DNA of 64,000 nucleotides from an uncultured Actinomycetes bacterium (lineage in GTDB: Bacteria; Actinomycetota; Actinomycetes; Streptosporangiales; Streptosporangiaceae), in assembly GCA_963755815.1 (NCBI GenBank), contig CAVWLF010000001.1:1-64000 (forward strand). Reading direction: 5' to 3'. A model generated the notes under the pieces. It searched no databases. It saw only the letters and a list, made by a program, of their open reading frames with translations, and was not told the origin of the DNA. A program made the position numbers and the translations under genes. This document shows, piece after piece, positions 9,055 through 19,193 of the stretch; within the stretch, counting starts at the first letter, position 1; each line of letters opens with the position of its first letter.

Positions 9055-9885
9055 CTAGAGATCGACGGTGCCGGAGATGCAGGTAACGGTCGAGCCGCCG
9101 ACCCAGACCGCGCCGTCGGGGCCGCTGGTGATGCGCACCTGCCCGTTCCGGCCGAGGACGGTGCCCTGCCGGGCCAGGTACGGGGCCTGCGCGCGGCCGG
9201 TGGCCAGCAGCCACTGCGCCAGCGAGGCGTTAAGGCTGCCCGTGACCGGATCCTCGGCCGTGCCGCCGTCGCTGGCGGTGAAGGCCCGCACCTCGAACGC
9301 GGCCGGTCCGCCGGGCGGGTGCGGCCCGGCGACGCCGATCTCGAGGTCGGTCGCGCCGGGCCGGAGCGCGAGCACGGCGTCGGCGCTGGCCAGCAGCACG
9401 GCGATCCAGCCGGGTCCGTTGTCCGCCCACTGCAGGTCGACGATTTCCTCGCGGCCGATCCGGAGGATGTCAGCGATGCGCTGCGCCAGCGGCTCGTCCA
9501 CCGGGCCGCTGCGCAACAGCGGGGGCGCGGCGAAGGCCAGCCCGCCGTCATCCTGGCGGATCGTGATCAGGCCTGCTTCGCACTGCTGCACCACAACGCC
9601 GGCCCGGCGGGGCTGGCCGCCAGCCTCCAGCCAGGCGTGACACGTGCCAAGCGTCGGGTGCCCGGCGAATGGCAGCTCCCGGCTGGCCGTGAAGATCCGC
9701 ACCTGGTAGTCCGCGCTGTCATCGTCAGGCACCAGCAGGAACGTGGTCTCAGACAGGTTCGTCCAGTTAGCGAAGCGCTGCATCTGCTCAGTCGTCAGCC
9801 CGTCCGCGCCGAACACGACGGCGAGCGCGTTGCCCCGATAGGGAGTTGAGGTAAAGACGTCGACCTGGCGAAACTGTCGCAACAT
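9055..9885 (-). CDS. PhzF family phenazine-biosynthesis-like isomerase
   Basis: MLRQFRQVDVFTSTPYRGNALAVVF and ETTFL motifs, two-domain architecture at 276 aa. Confidence 0.85.
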   Translation of the reverse strand: MLRQFRQVDVFTSTPYRGNALAVVFGADGLTTEQMQRFANWTNLSETTFLLVPDDDSADYQVRIFTASRELPFAGHPTLGTCHAWLEAGGQPRRAGVVVQQCEAGLITIRQDDGGLAFAAPPLLRSGPVDEPLAQRIADILRIGREEIVDLQWADNGPGWIAVLLASADAVLALRPGATDLEIGVAGPHPPGGPAAFEVRAFTASDGGTAEDPVTGSLNASLAQWLLATGRAQAPYLARQGTVLGRNGQVRITSGPDGAVWVGGSTVTCISGTVDL

Positions 9886-9966
9886 GATTCGATTCTGGCA
9901 TCCGCGCCCGGAGGCGAGGGCGTCACCGGCCGGTATCCGCCAACGGCAGGCCGAAGACCTCCGTCA

Positions 9967-10479
9967 CTACGCGGGCACGGCCAGGCGCTGCATCCATAGC
10001 GAGCTGATGTACTGACCATCCTTAACCGCGTACTCGCAGAACGTGCCCACCTCGGTAAAGCCGAACTTCCGGTGCAACGCGACCGACGCGTCGTTGGGCA
10101 GGGCGATGCCGGCCAGGGCGACATGAATCTTCTCGCCCGCCAGGCAGCTGAACAGCTCGCGGTAGAGCGCGGTCCCAGCGCCCTGCCCCCGGCAGCCGGC
10201 CTGCAGCGCGATGGTGACTTCGATGGTTTCCGAGAAGGCCTCGTGCCGCCGGTAGCGCTGGCTGCCGGCGTAGCCCATGACCTGGCCGTCACGCCGGGCC
10301 ACGAAGAGCCGGTAGCAGCCGGCCGGGGAGAACTGCCCGAACCAATCGCGCCGGTCAGCCACGCTGACCGGCCGGGTGCCGAAGTTGGCGATCGAGTTCG
10401 CCGCCGTGTAGTTGAAGATCTCCACGATTCCGGGCAGGTCAGCTTCGACCGCAGGCGCGATCCGCACGGGCGTCATCAT
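9967..10479 (-). CDS. GNAT family N-acetyltransferase (PAT-like)
   Basis: 170 aa. Motifs IVEIFNY, RGQGAGTALY, HRKFGFTEVG. Four-nucleotide overlap with the upstream peptidase gene. Confidence 0.8.
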   Translation of the reverse strand: MMTPVRIAPAVEADLPGIVEIFNYTAANSIANFGTRPVSVADRRDWFGQFSPAGCYRLFVARRDGQVMGYAGSQRYRRHEAFSETIEVTIALQAGCRGQGAGTALYRELFSCLAGEKIHVALAGIALPNDASVALHRKFGFTEVGTFCEYAVKDGQYISSLWMQRLAVPA

Positions 10480-12455
10480 GCTTGCCCTTCCGCCGGATCA
10501 GCGAGCCACCGGTCGAACCACGCGCGGGCCCGCCGGAGCAGGTCGAGCTGATGATTGCGTTCCGCCAGCCCGTGACCCTCCCTCGGGTAGACGACAAGCT
10601 CATGCTCGGCCCCGAACCAGCTGAGCGCGCGGTGGAAGTAGATGGCCTGGCCGAGCGGCACGTTCGTGTCATCCTCGCCGTGCACGATCAGCACCGGGGT
10701 ACGGACCTTCGAGGCGAACGAGATCGGGCTGACCTGGTCGTGCGGGTGCGGGCCGGTGCCCTCCCAGCCGCAGCTGCCGCCGTACTCTGCCTCCAGGGTG
10801 CCATTTTCGCCGGTCGCGACGAGCATCCCCCAGTCGCTGATCCCGGCGCTCATCAGCGCGGCCCCGAACCGGCCGGTCTGCCCGATCGCCCACGCGGTCA
10901 TGAACCCGCCGTGGCTGCCTCCCTCGATCCCGAGCCGGCCGGAGTCCGCGACCCCGTCCGCGATCAGCAGGTCGATCCCGCTGACGATGTCGGTCCACTC
11001 TTCGCCGCCGATCGAGCCGGTGATCGTCGCGGCGAAGTCGTTGCCATGGCCCTGCCCGCCCCGCGGGTTGGGCAGGAACACCGCGTAACCCGCGGCGGCC
11101 AGCCACTGCCCCGGGGCGTGCGCGTGCAGCATGAGCCGGTCGGACCACCGATAGTAGGGACCGCCGTGCACCATCGTGACCAGCGGAAACGGGCCGTCCG
11201 TCCGGCGCCGGCCAGGCGGCAGGATCAGCAGGCCGTCCAGGCCGAGTCCGTCGGACGCGGTGTAGGAGAGGCGCTCCTGAGTCCCCCAGCTGATCTGGCG
11301 CAGCTCCGGGCTGGTGTCGCTGACCCGGACGAGCCGGCCGCCGGGCGGCCCGGCCTGAACGTCGGCCGGCTCGTACGACGTGGTCACCAGCACGGCGACC
11401 CGCTCACCCGAGCGGCTCACGGTCAGCGAGGCGGCGTCGCCGGCCAGAACCGACACCCGGTCGAAGCGCCGCAGGCCGGCGTCGAGCCGGTAGATCGCGG
11501 TATCGAGCCCGTCGGCGAACAGCGCCAGCGGCGGGCCGGCCGATACCTGCGCCAGGCCGAGCGGGCAGACGGTCATGCCCTCGGTCAGATTGACCTGCTT
11601 CCCGGCGGCACCGGCAGCGGGCACCGGGACGTCGAAGACGGCAAAGCCGCCATTCGGCCCGGGCATCGCCAGGTAGCTCAGGTGCCAGCCGCCATCGGCA
11701 TTCCACCAGGCCAGCGAGTGCGCCTCCGCTGCGATCTGGCCGAGATCGCGGACCGCGCCGGTCTCCGGATCGATCACGTGCAGCTCGTTAGTAGACATGC
11801 CGGGATCGATCTCCGGCGAGACCCAGCTGATCACCGCCAGCGGGCCGCCGTCCGGCCGCTGCGTCACCTCGGCCACGTGCCGGTCGCCGAGCCCGTCCAC
11901 CACGCGCAGCTCCCGGGTGGCCAGATCGAGCAGCCGCAGCCGCTCGCGGGGGAACTGTTCTCCCCAGACGAACGCGTCGTCGAATTCGGCGCGCCTGCGC
12001 TCCTCCTGCTCGGTCGGCTCGTCCGTCGCGACCACGGCCGCCAGCCGGGCGCCCGCGAGCGGGCAGGCATCGGAGATCGCGCCACGCCAGCTGGTCAGAG
12101 CCTGGGCCTCGCCGCCGTCAAGCGGGATCCCGTGCAGCTGGACGGAGCCGGCCCGGTCCGACCGGAAGAACAGCGACGCCGAGTCCGGTGCCCAGCGCGG
12201 GCCGGAGTCCGCCGCCGTACCGGCGGTCAGCTGCCGCGCCGGTGCGCTCCCGTCCGCGGCGGCGACCCAGAGCGCGCTGAGACGGCGCTCCCCCCGCCGG
12301 CCGACCGGGGCGACCACGTAGGCGACCCAGCGCCCGTCCGGTGAGATCACCGGCTGCAGCGCCGTGGCCCGGTCCACGATGAGCTCCGCGGTCAGTTCCG
12401 GTGTCTCCTCGCTCATGCAACGCGTCCTTTCGCCGACCGTGGGTACCAGCCACAT
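10476..12455 (-). CDS. S9 family peptidase (prolyl oligopeptidase/acylaminoacyl-peptidase-like) with N-terminal beta-propeller
   Basis: Catalytic nucleophile motif GGSHGGFMTAWAIG. C-terminal alpha/beta hydrolase domain with Asp and His (REGHGL). N-terminal TolB-like WD/propeller repeats. Confidence 0.85.
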   Translation of the reverse strand: MWLVPTVGERTRCMSEETPELTAELIVDRATALQPVISPDGRWVAYVVAPVGRRGERRLSALWVAAADGSAPARQLTAGTAADSGPRWAPDSASLFFRSDRAGSVQLHGIPLDGGEAQALTSWRGAISDACPLAGARLAAVVATDEPTEQEERRRAEFDDAFVWGEQFPRERLRLLDLATRELRVVDGLGDRHVAEVTQRPDGGPLAVISWVSPEIDPGMSTNELHVIDPETGAVRDLGQIAAEAHSLAWWNADGGWHLSYLAMPGPNGGFAVFDVPVPAAGAAGKQVNLTEGMTVCPLGLAQVSAGPPLALFADGLDTAIYRLDAGLRRFDRVSVLAGDAASLTVSRSGERVAVLVTTSYEPADVQAGPPGGRLVRVSDTSPELRQISWGTQERLSYTASDGLGLDGLLILPPGRRRTDGPFPLVTMVHGGPYYRWSDRLMLHAHAPGQWLAAAGYAVFLPNPRGGQGHGNDFAATITGSIGGEEWTDIVSGIDLLIADGVADSGRLGIEGGSHGGFMTAWAIGQTGRFGAALMSAGISDWGMLVATGENGTLEAEYGGSCGWEGTGPHPHDQVSPISFASKVRTPVLIVHGEDDTNVPLGQAIYFHRALSWFGAEHELVVYPREGHGLAERNHQLDLLRRARAWFDRWLADPAEGQA

Positions 12456-12663
12456 CCTGCCGTAGCGGAGAGAACCTTCCGCGCCGCTGCGGCAAGCTCA
12501 GCGCGGGGCCCGGCCTGAGCCAGTGGGATGCGGTCCGAGGGAATCCGCCAGCGCCCGCGGCGCCTGGCCGCGCCAGGCATCCGTGATCAGTTCCGCGAGC
12601 AGTGTAGGCACCAGCCGGAGCATCGCCGGCCGGCAGCGGGCTGCCGATAATTTTTAACGGATG

Positions 12664-12861
12664 GCCCGGCGTCGGTCGCCCGGCCCGGCGACCCCGCCCC
12701 GCGGGAGTGCCATCCCGGCCCGGGCAGGTTGACCTCCAGCGCACGTGAGGTACGACGATGGTCCGGCGCCGGTCGCCCGGCCAGGCGGCCCGCCCCGCGG
12801 GAGTGCCGTCGCGGCCCGGGCAGGTTGACCTCCAGTGCACATGAGGTACGACGATGGGCCG
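12664..12861 (+). repeat. tandem duplication (2 x ~98 bp) of the promoter and start region of the MFS transporter gene
   Basis: Two near-identical units, each ending in caggTTGACCtccag(c/t)gcac(g/a)tgaggTACGACgatgg. A short spurious ORF on the opposite strand shows the same peptide repeat. Confidence 0.7.
12825..12861 (+). promoter_or_regulatory. putative sigma-70-like promoter (TTGACC-N16-TACGAC) driving a leaderless mRNA
   Basis: -35 TTGACC at 12825-12830 and -10 TACGAC at 12847-12852. The predicted transcription start coincides with ATG 12862. No Shine-Dalgarno sequence upstream. Confidence 0.45.
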
Positions 12862-14088
12862 ATGGCAGCGGCGGCGGGTGATGCCGGGGAGTGGTCGTAC
12901 TGGCGCGCACTGCGCAGCGGCCGGCTGGGTGCGCTGCTGGCCGGCAACCTGATCTCCAGCGCCGGTAACGGCATGATCATCAGTGCCCTGCCGCTGCTGA
13001 CCCTGCAGATCCGCGGCGGAATTCCGGCCGGACTGGCCATCGCGCTGGTCCAGGCGTCGCCGTACATCCTGGCCAGCGTGCTGGCCCTGACGCTGGGCCT
13101 GTCCCGGCTGCGGATCCCGCCGCGGGCACTGCTCATCTGGGACAGCATGCTGCGGAGTGCCACGTTTATCCTGCTCGGCACGCTCGCGGTGACCGGGACG
13201 CTCACCTTGTGGATGCTGGTGGGCGGGCTGCTGGCCGGATCGGTCTTCCAGATCGCCTCGAACAGCAGCCGGCGGCTGCTGGCCACCGGGATGACCGGCG
13301 CCGCTGGCCAGTTCGCGGTCAACGGGCTGCTGGGGACGAGCAGCAGCGTGGCCGCCTACGCGGTGGGCCCGGTCCTCGGCGGCATCGTGGCGACGGCGGC
13401 CAGCCCGGGCGTGGCGCTGATCGTCGACGGGCTCACCTTCGTGCCGATGCTCGGCGCCGTCTGCTTCGCGGTCTCCGCCACGTCCCGGCCGGCGCGCGGT
13501 CGTTTTGCTCCGGAGTCCGGCCTGCGCATCATGCGTGCCGTCCCGCCCGCGGCGCGGCTGTTCGTGGTGGTGTTCTGCTTCAACCTGTTCTACATGCCGG
13601 TCGAGGTCGCGCTGCCGCTGCTGGTGCACGGGCAGTTGCACGGCAGCGGAACGGCGCTCGGCCTGATCTGGTCCGGGTTCGGGGCCGGGGCGCTGCTCGG
13701 CGGGATGGGCACGTTGCTGCTGCGCCGGGTCCGGAGGCAGCGCGTGCTGGTCACGATCATCGGGGCGTGGGCCGCGGCGGTGCTGCTGCTCGCGTTCTCG
13801 CCGGCCGTGATCTTCGCGGTGGGGGCGTTCTTTCTCGGCGGGCTCATCTACGCGCCGTTCACGCCGATCGCCTATACCTACGTTCAGTCCATGCTGACGC
13901 CCGATGAGCAGCAGCCGGTCATCACCCTGTGGGCGGCGGGCGCCGTGCTCGCCGCGCCGGTCGGCCTCGCCCTGGCCGGGCCGCTGGTCAGCGCCGCGGG
14001 GGCCAGGAACGCCATGATCATCTCGGCATTGCTGACGGTCGCGCTCGTGCCCCTGGCCGCCGGCAGCCTGCGCCGGGCCCGACCATAG
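12862..14088 (+). CDS. MFS transporter
   Basis: About 12 predicted hydrophobic helices. MFS signature loop GxLxDRxGRR-like (LLRRVRRQRVL) between helices. Start set at the leaderless ATG; ORF finder started at GTG 12835. Confidence 0.8.
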   Translation: MAAAAGDAGEWSYWRALRSGRLGALLAGNLISSAGNGMIISALPLLTLQIRGGIPAGLAIALVQASPYILASVLALTLGLSRLRIPPRALLIWDSMLRSATFILLGTLAVTGTLTLWMLVGGLLAGSVFQIASNSSRRLLATGMTGAAGQFAVNGLLGTSSSVAAYAVGPVLGGIVATAASPGVALIVDGLTFVPMLGAVCFAVSATSRPARGRFAPESGLRIMRAVPPAARLFVVVFCFNLFYMPVEVALPLLVHGQLHGSGTALGLIWSGFGAGALLGGMGTLLLRRVRRQRVLVTIIGAWAAAVLLLAFSPAVIFAVGAFFLGGLIYAPFTPIAYTYVQSMLTPDEQQPVITLWAAGAVLAAPVGLALAGPLVSAAGARNAMIISALLTVALVPLAAGSLRRARP

Positions 14089-14245
14089 GCTGGCTTCCGC
14101 CGGATTCGGCCAGGACATATCCCGGGCCAGGCCCTGGATCCGGCATCGAGCACTCCGGTACGGCCGCCATGGGCCGCTTGACACCGGTACTCGCCGTTGC
14201 CACGCTGGCGGCGGGCCTGCCCGGCGCTGCTGACGGGGGGACGAG

Positions 14246-14653
14246 ATGCGCGACGGCCGCTGGGAAGTGGCATCCGGCGACGCCGACTTCGGCCCGTACC
14301 TCGCTGGCCAGCCGGCCGCGAGCGCTGAGATGTTCCTGCGCTTCATCGAGATGGCCCGGGCCTGCGGGCCGGTCACCTTCGAGCTGCAGAACGGACGCGT
14401 CGTCCTGCGCGGAACCCGCCGGATCTTCGCCTCCGTCCGCGCCAGCAAGCAGGGGCTGGACGGGCATATCAATCTCGCGCGCAGCGTCGCCGATCGCCGG
14501 TTCCGCAAGGTCGAGATGCTGACCAAACGCCTGTACTTCCACCGTTACGCCGTCACCTCCCTCTCCGAGCTGGACGAGGAGTTCGGGCGGTGGCTGTGCG
14601 AGGCCCGCGCGATCGGAGACGGGAGCCATCTGACGGACTCGGACGTGACGTGA
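14246..14653 (+). CDS. hypothetical protein (conserved actinobacterial DUF-type)
   Basis: 135-aa ORF with ordinary codon bias. No catalytic motifs recognised. Confidence 0.5.
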   Translation: MRDGRWEVASGDADFGPYLAGQPAASAEMFLRFIEMARACGPVTFELQNGRVVLRGTRRIFASVRASKQGLDGHINLARSVADRRFRKVEMLTKRLYFHRYAVTSLSELDEEFGRWLCEARAIGDGSHLTDSDVT

Positions 14654-14723
14654 TCTCCTTCGAGTTACGTCCGGCCGCACCCGCCGACCGCGAATTATGC
14701 CGGCGGCAGGCCGGAGGCCGCCG

Positions 14724-15227
14724 TCAGGCGAGGTACTTACGGAAGATCACCCCGTGCCGCGCGTAGCCCATCCGGTCCTCGTAGAAGGGCACCGACAGCG
14801 GGCTGCGCAGGTTGGTATCCAGGGCGACCAGAACCGCGCCGCCGGATCGTCCCCACTGCTCGACGGCCGCCATCAGGGCCGTGCCCACGCCGGCCCGCCG
14901 GTACCTTTCGGCCACCATCAGCGCGTTGACGTAGACGCGCGGGCTGGCTGCCGCGCGGGTCAGCTGCCACTGCGCACCGGGTACCGGAGGCTCAAATACC
15001 GCCACCACGAATCCGGCTACCTGCTCGTCGACGGTGGCGACCAGCCGCAGCACGGTCTGGCTGCCGTCGGCGTGGTCCTGCTCGAACCAGCCGGCCAGGC
15101 CTGCCTCCGCGGGCAGCTGGAAGTTCGCCGGGTCCAGCTCGACGTAATAACGGGCCGCATCGAGCCAGGCCCGGGCACAACCCGCTCCGTCACCCGGCTG
15201 GATTCCGCGAACCTTCACCTCGGCCAT
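14724..15227 (-). CDS. GNAT family N-acetyltransferase
   Basis: Motifs YVNALMVAERYRRAGVGTALMAAVEQW. Start set at MAEVKV with AGGGGGA RBS; the ORF extends to 15269. Confidence 0.75.
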   Translation of the reverse strand: MAEVKVRGIQPGDGAGCARAWLDAARYYVELDPANFQLPAEAGLAGWFEQDHADGSQTVLRLVATVDEQVAGFVVAVFEPPVPGAQWQLTRAAASPRVYVNALMVAERYRRAGVGTALMAAVEQWGRSGGAVLVALDTNLRSPLSVPFYEDRMGYARHGVIFRKYLA

Positions 15228-15447
15228 TGACAATCCCCCTCCCCGGCACCGTATCTCTGGCTGCCGCATGCCTGGCGGCGCCGCGACCTGCTGTCGCTTT
15301 CTGGCAACCTCGGAATTGCGTTCCGCATGGTGGATATGGTCGATTGGTGTTGCCAGGGCAACAGCAAGGCGCCATCGATCAGGAGGAATGCTCCCCGCAC
15401 ACCGGCCGGCCGGGCGGGCTGGGGCGCATTGGCGGGGCTGGAGAGGT

Positions 15448-16755
15448 TCATGGCTGGTCGGCGTCCACGCAGATCAGGGCCCAGGGCCGGTCCTGGACCC
15501 GGGTCATCACCAGGGTCGCCCGGCGGGATCCGGAAAGCTTGAGGCGCCGGTGCAACTGGTCCACATCGCCGGCCAGTCCGCGGCGCCGGATGTCGACCGC
15601 GCCGATATCGAGTGCGCGCAGCCGGGCCGGGAGCTGCTTCTGGTTCCACGGGGCGGAGTCGATGACCCGCAGCCCTCGCCCGAACGGGGTACGCAGCGGC
15701 ACGTCAGCGGACAGGAAGGCGATCTGATCATCGATCTTCCAGGCGCCTAGCCCGCGCGCCAGTTCCGCCACCAGGCTGGCGCGGGTGACGGCCGGGTTGG
15801 GGTCGAGCAGGAACTCGCCGGGCATCCGGACCTCCACCGGCGGCCCGGGCTCGGGAACCAGGGTGTGACCGCCGGGCAGGAGGGTGGCGCGGGTGGCGCG
15901 GCCGGCTCCGGCGGCCGGCCTGGGGGCCGTCGCGAGCGCCGGAGACCAGGCGACCGCCTCTTTCAGCGCGCGGCCGATGGCGATGAACTCCAGCTCCCAG
16001 CCGGGCGGCACCGCCTCATGCGGCAGGCCGGGCGCGGCCTTGATGCCGACCGCCTCGACCCGCTCAGCCAGGCCGAGGCACCACGCCAGCGGTGGTTCGC
16101 TCTGGCCGGCCCGGAGCCGCCGGCCGCCGGCCCGCCGGGCGGGATCGACGAAGATCGCGTCCAGGCCGGCCAGGCTGACCTCCCGGACGTCGCCCTGCAC
16201 CGGTGTCAGGTTCCCGGCGACGCCGCAGACCTCGGCATTGGCCCGGGCGACGCGCAACTGCAGCGGGTCGCGGTCAACGGCGAGCACCTGACGGCTCCCG
16301 GCCGGCCCGCGGAGATCCTCGCCCGGCACCCGGTGGTCCTCGGCCGACGCGCGGAGATCCCCGGCCCGTACCCGGGGATCGTCGGCCGGCATGCAGGGGG
16401 CCTCGGCTAGGACGATGAGGTCGCCGCCGATCCCGCAGCACAGGTCCGCGACCCGGCCCGCGGCGCGGTAGCGGGCCGCCCGGTGCCGCGCCACTACCTC
16501 CGAGGACGCTTGCTCCAGGCCGGGCCGGGTGAAGAACATCTCCATGGCCCGGCTGAACTTGGCTCGCGCCAGCAGCCGCAGCTCATGCTGGGCCAGCGCT
16601 TCGGCCACGAGATCGGCCGGGTAACGCGAACGCAGCACCGTGCCCAGCCGCAGCGGCGTGTCCGCGGCGGCCGCCTCGGTGGCGAGATGATCGAGTAGCT
16701 CCCGGCCGCGCGGGGCCAGCAGGGACTCGAATCGCTCCACGCTTGCGTCAGCCAT
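15448..16755 (-). CDS. class I SAM-dependent methyltransferase with C-terminal THUMP-like domain
   Basis: SAM motif I VADLCCGIGGD. Internal low-complexity tandem repeat DPRVRAGDLRASAEDHRVPGEDLRGPAG. Start MADASV has GGAAGAGG RBS 4 nt upstream. Confidence 0.75.
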   Translation of the reverse strand: MADASVERFESLLAPRGRELLDHLATEAAAADTPLRLGTVLRSRYPADLVAEALAQHELRLLARAKFSRAMEMFFTRPGLEQASSEVVARHRAARYRAAGRVADLCCGIGGDLIVLAEAPCMPADDPRVRAGDLRASAEDHRVPGEDLRGPAGSRQVLAVDRDPLQLRVARANAEVCGVAGNLTPVQGDVREVSLAGLDAIFVDPARRAGGRRLRAGQSEPPLAWCLGLAERVEAVGIKAAPGLPHEAVPPGWELEFIAIGRALKEAVAWSPALATAPRPAAGAGRATRATLLPGGHTLVPEPGPPVEVRMPGEFLLDPNPAVTRASLVAELARGLGAWKIDDQIAFLSADVPLRTPFGRGLRVIDSAPWNQKQLPARLRALDIGAVDIRRRGLAGDVDQLHRRLKLSGSRRATLVMTRVQDRPWALICVDADQP

Positions 16756-16864
16756 GTCCTCTTCCCCGGGCGGGCCGGGCATAGGCCCCGGCCGCAGCGC
16801 GGCGAGGCAGCAACAGCCAGGCCGGCGGGCGGCCCGTGCTACAAAATGCTATGAGCGAGATGCG

Positions 16865-17497
16865 ATGAGCGAGCCATCGGAGGAAGCCCGGCCGAGCCTG
16901 TCCAGGAGCCCCCGGACGGTCAGGGACTTCGATTCCTCCTACGCGGGCACGCCACCGTGGGATATCGGGCACCCGCAGCCCGCGTTCTTGCGGCTGGCCG
17001 AGTCCGGCCAGCTGACGGGACGCGTGCTCGATGCGGGCTGCGGGACGGGCGAGCACGCGCTCATGTGCGCGGGCCTGGGGCTTCGGGCCACGGGCATCGA
17101 CGCGGCGCCGGCGGCTATCGGCCTGGCCAGGCGCAAGGCGGCCGAGCGCGGACTCGATGTCCGCTTCCTGGTCTGGGACGCGCTGGACCTGGGCGGGCTG
17201 GGCGAGCAGTACGACACGGTCATCGACAGCGGGCTCTTCCACACCTTCGAGGACGACGATCGGGCCCGGCTGGTGCACAGCCTGCGGGCCGCGGTCGCGC
17301 CGAGAGGCCATTACTTCCTGCTGTGCTTCACCGATCAGCAGCCCGGCGACTGGGGTCCCCGCCGGGTCAGCCAGGACGAGATCCGGGCCAGTTTCGCCGA
17401 TGGCTGGCGGGTCGAGAAGATCGAGGCCGCCACCTTCGAGATCACCCTGGATCCCGGCGGTGCGCTCTCCTGGCTGGCGACGATCACCCGGACGTGA
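16865..17497 (+). CDS. class I SAM-dependent methyltransferase (Methyltransf_11/25-like)
   Basis: Motif I VLDAGCGTGEHAL, motif II DTVIDSGLFH. Divergent from the upstream methyltransferase gene. Confidence 0.75.
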   Translation: MSEPSEEARPSLSRSPRTVRDFDSSYAGTPPWDIGHPQPAFLRLAESGQLTGRVLDAGCGTGEHALMCAGLGLRATGIDAAPAAIGLARRKAAERGLDVRFLVWDALDLGGLGEQYDTVIDSGLFHTFEDDDRARLVHSLRAAVAPRGHYFLLCFTDQQPGDWGPRRVSQDEIRASFADGWRVEKIEAATFEITLDPGGALSWLATITRT

Positions 17498-17628
17498 GGG
17501 ACGAGACGGGCGGCCGGGCCGTCCCGTAACATCGCTGCCATGGGATTCCTTTGACTGTGACCTAGCTCCGCGGCACGTGGGCCGCCTTCCTCATCTGACC
17601 TGGCCGGTGAGACGAGGAAGGACAACAC

Positions 17629-18837
17629 GTGACACGCCTGAATGCAGCCGACGGGCCAGCGCGAGCGCGACGGTCTGCGCTGGTCGGGGCGTCGGTACTC
17701 GCGGCGGCGCTCGCCGTCGAGCTTGTCGATGAGCTGGTCGGCGGTACCCAGGGCGCGGCGATGCCGCTCATCCGGCACGCACTGGCGCTGAGCTACGGGC
17801 AGATTGGCTTGCTCGCGTCGGTTCCGCTGCTGCTCGGGAGCCTGCTGGAACTCCCTATTGGTGTACTGGCCGGGCATGGCAGGCGGCAGCGGATAGCGGT
17901 CCTGACCGGCGGCCTGGTGTTCATCGCGTCGCTGGCCGCCGCGGCCGCGGCGGGCTCGTTCGCGGCGCTGCTCGTCGCCTTGGTGGCCTTCTTCCCGGCC
18001 TCCGGGGCGTTCGTCGGGCTGACCCAGTCCGGCCTGATGGACGCCGATCCGGCGCGGCAGGAACAGCACATGGCGCGCTGGAATCTGGCCGGGTCAGCGG
18101 GCGCGGTGGCGGGCCCGTTCCTGCTCATCGCGGTGCTGGCCGCCGGGGGCAGCTGGCGGACGGCTTACCTCGTGCTGGCCGCCTGCTCGGTGCTGGCCTG
18201 GCTGGGCGTGGCCGGCCGCGGTCCGCGCCCGTCGTCGCCGCCCGCGGCCGGCGAAGACGGCGACGCTGACCGGGCCGGCGCCGTGCGGCGGGTGCGGGCC
18301 GCCCTCCAGCAGCCCGGGGTATTCCGCTGGCTCGTCCTGCTGCAGCTCTCTGACCTGCTGCTCGACGTACTGACCGGCTTCCTGGCGATCTACCTGGTCG
18401 ACGTGGTCCACGCCAGGCCGGCCGAGGCGGCGCTCGGCGTCGGGGTCCGGCTGGTGGCCGGGCTGGCCGGGGATATCACCCTCGTCCGGGTGCTGGAGCG
18501 GACAGCCGGGCGCCGGGTCCTGACCGCGAGCGCGGCCGCGGCGGCGGTGCTGTACCCGGGCTTCCTGCTGGTGCCCGGGTTCTGGCCCAAGCTCGCGATC
18601 CTCGCCGTGCTGAGCATCGCCACCGCACCCTGGTATCCGGTGCTGCAGGCCGGCCTGTATGGCAGCCTGCCCGGTCGCAGCGGAGTGGCGGTGACGCTTA
18701 GCAGCGCGGCCGCGCTGGCGGGCGGGGCCGGGCCGCTGGCCGTCGGGTTCCTGGCCGAGCGCTTCGGGCTGGCCTGGGCACTGGCCGGCCTGGCGCTCGC
18801 CCCGGTAGGCCTGCTGATCGGGCTGCGCAGGCGATAG
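17629..18837 (+). CDS. MFS transporter
   Basis: GTG start with GAGGAAGGA RBS. 12 hydrophobic segments. MFS motif GHGRRQRIAVL after TM2. Confidence 0.8.
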   Translation: MTRLNAADGPARARRSALVGASVLAAALAVELVDELVGGTQGAAMPLIRHALALSYGQIGLLASVPLLLGSLLELPIGVLAGHGRRQRIAVLTGGLVFIASLAAAAAAGSFAALLVALVAFFPASGAFVGLTQSGLMDADPARQEQHMARWNLAGSAGAVAGPFLLIAVLAAGGSWRTAYLVLAACSVLAWLGVAGRGPRPSSPPAAGEDGDADRAGAVRRVRAALQQPGVFRWLVLLQLSDLLLDVLTGFLAIYLVDVVHARPAEAALGVGVRLVAGLAGDITLVRVLERTAGRRVLTASAAAAAVLYPGFLLVPGFWPKLAILAVLSIATAPWYPVLQAGLYGSLPGRSGVAVTLSSAAALAGGAGPLAVGFLAERFGLAWALAGLALAPVGLLIGLRRR

Positions 18838-19193
18838 CGGACCGGCCGGGGCGGCGTTCGGCCAGGCGGGGGCGGCCGGCGCCGATTACTGCGTTTAATC
18901 CAAAGTAGGCCAGGCAGGGCGGCAGGCCGCCTATCTCGACCGGGATGGCCCGGTGGGCCTCCCAGGCGGCCCGGTCCAGGCGCAGCCGACGACTCACCAC
19001 CGGGCGGCCCCGGACGACCAGTCGCTCGATGCCGTCGTCGGCCGGGGCGTGGTCAGTCGCAGGCCGGTCAGCGGCCAGTGCGGCGTTGTCATGCCGTTGA
19101 TTCTGCGTTACCGGGCTCGCGTCCGAAACGTGTTATCGGCACGCGGCCGGTAGCTCCCGGGCTGGCCGCTGAAACGGCAGCGCCGGAGGGGCC

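Noticed and set aside
10482-12344. 620-aa ORF on the plus strand
   Set aside because: It is antisense to the well-supported S9 peptidase gene and has low-complexity RGD/PA-rich content.
12118-14526. 802-aa ORF on the minus strand
   Set aside because: It is antisense to the MFS transporter gene and part of the S9 peptidase gene. Arg/Pro/Gly-rich low-complexity translation is typical of out-of-frame high-GC DNA. It has no motifs.
17335-18128. ORFs 17335..18069 and 17793..18128 on the minus strand
   Set aside because: They are antisense to the MFS transporter gene 17629..18837 and their translations are low-complexity.
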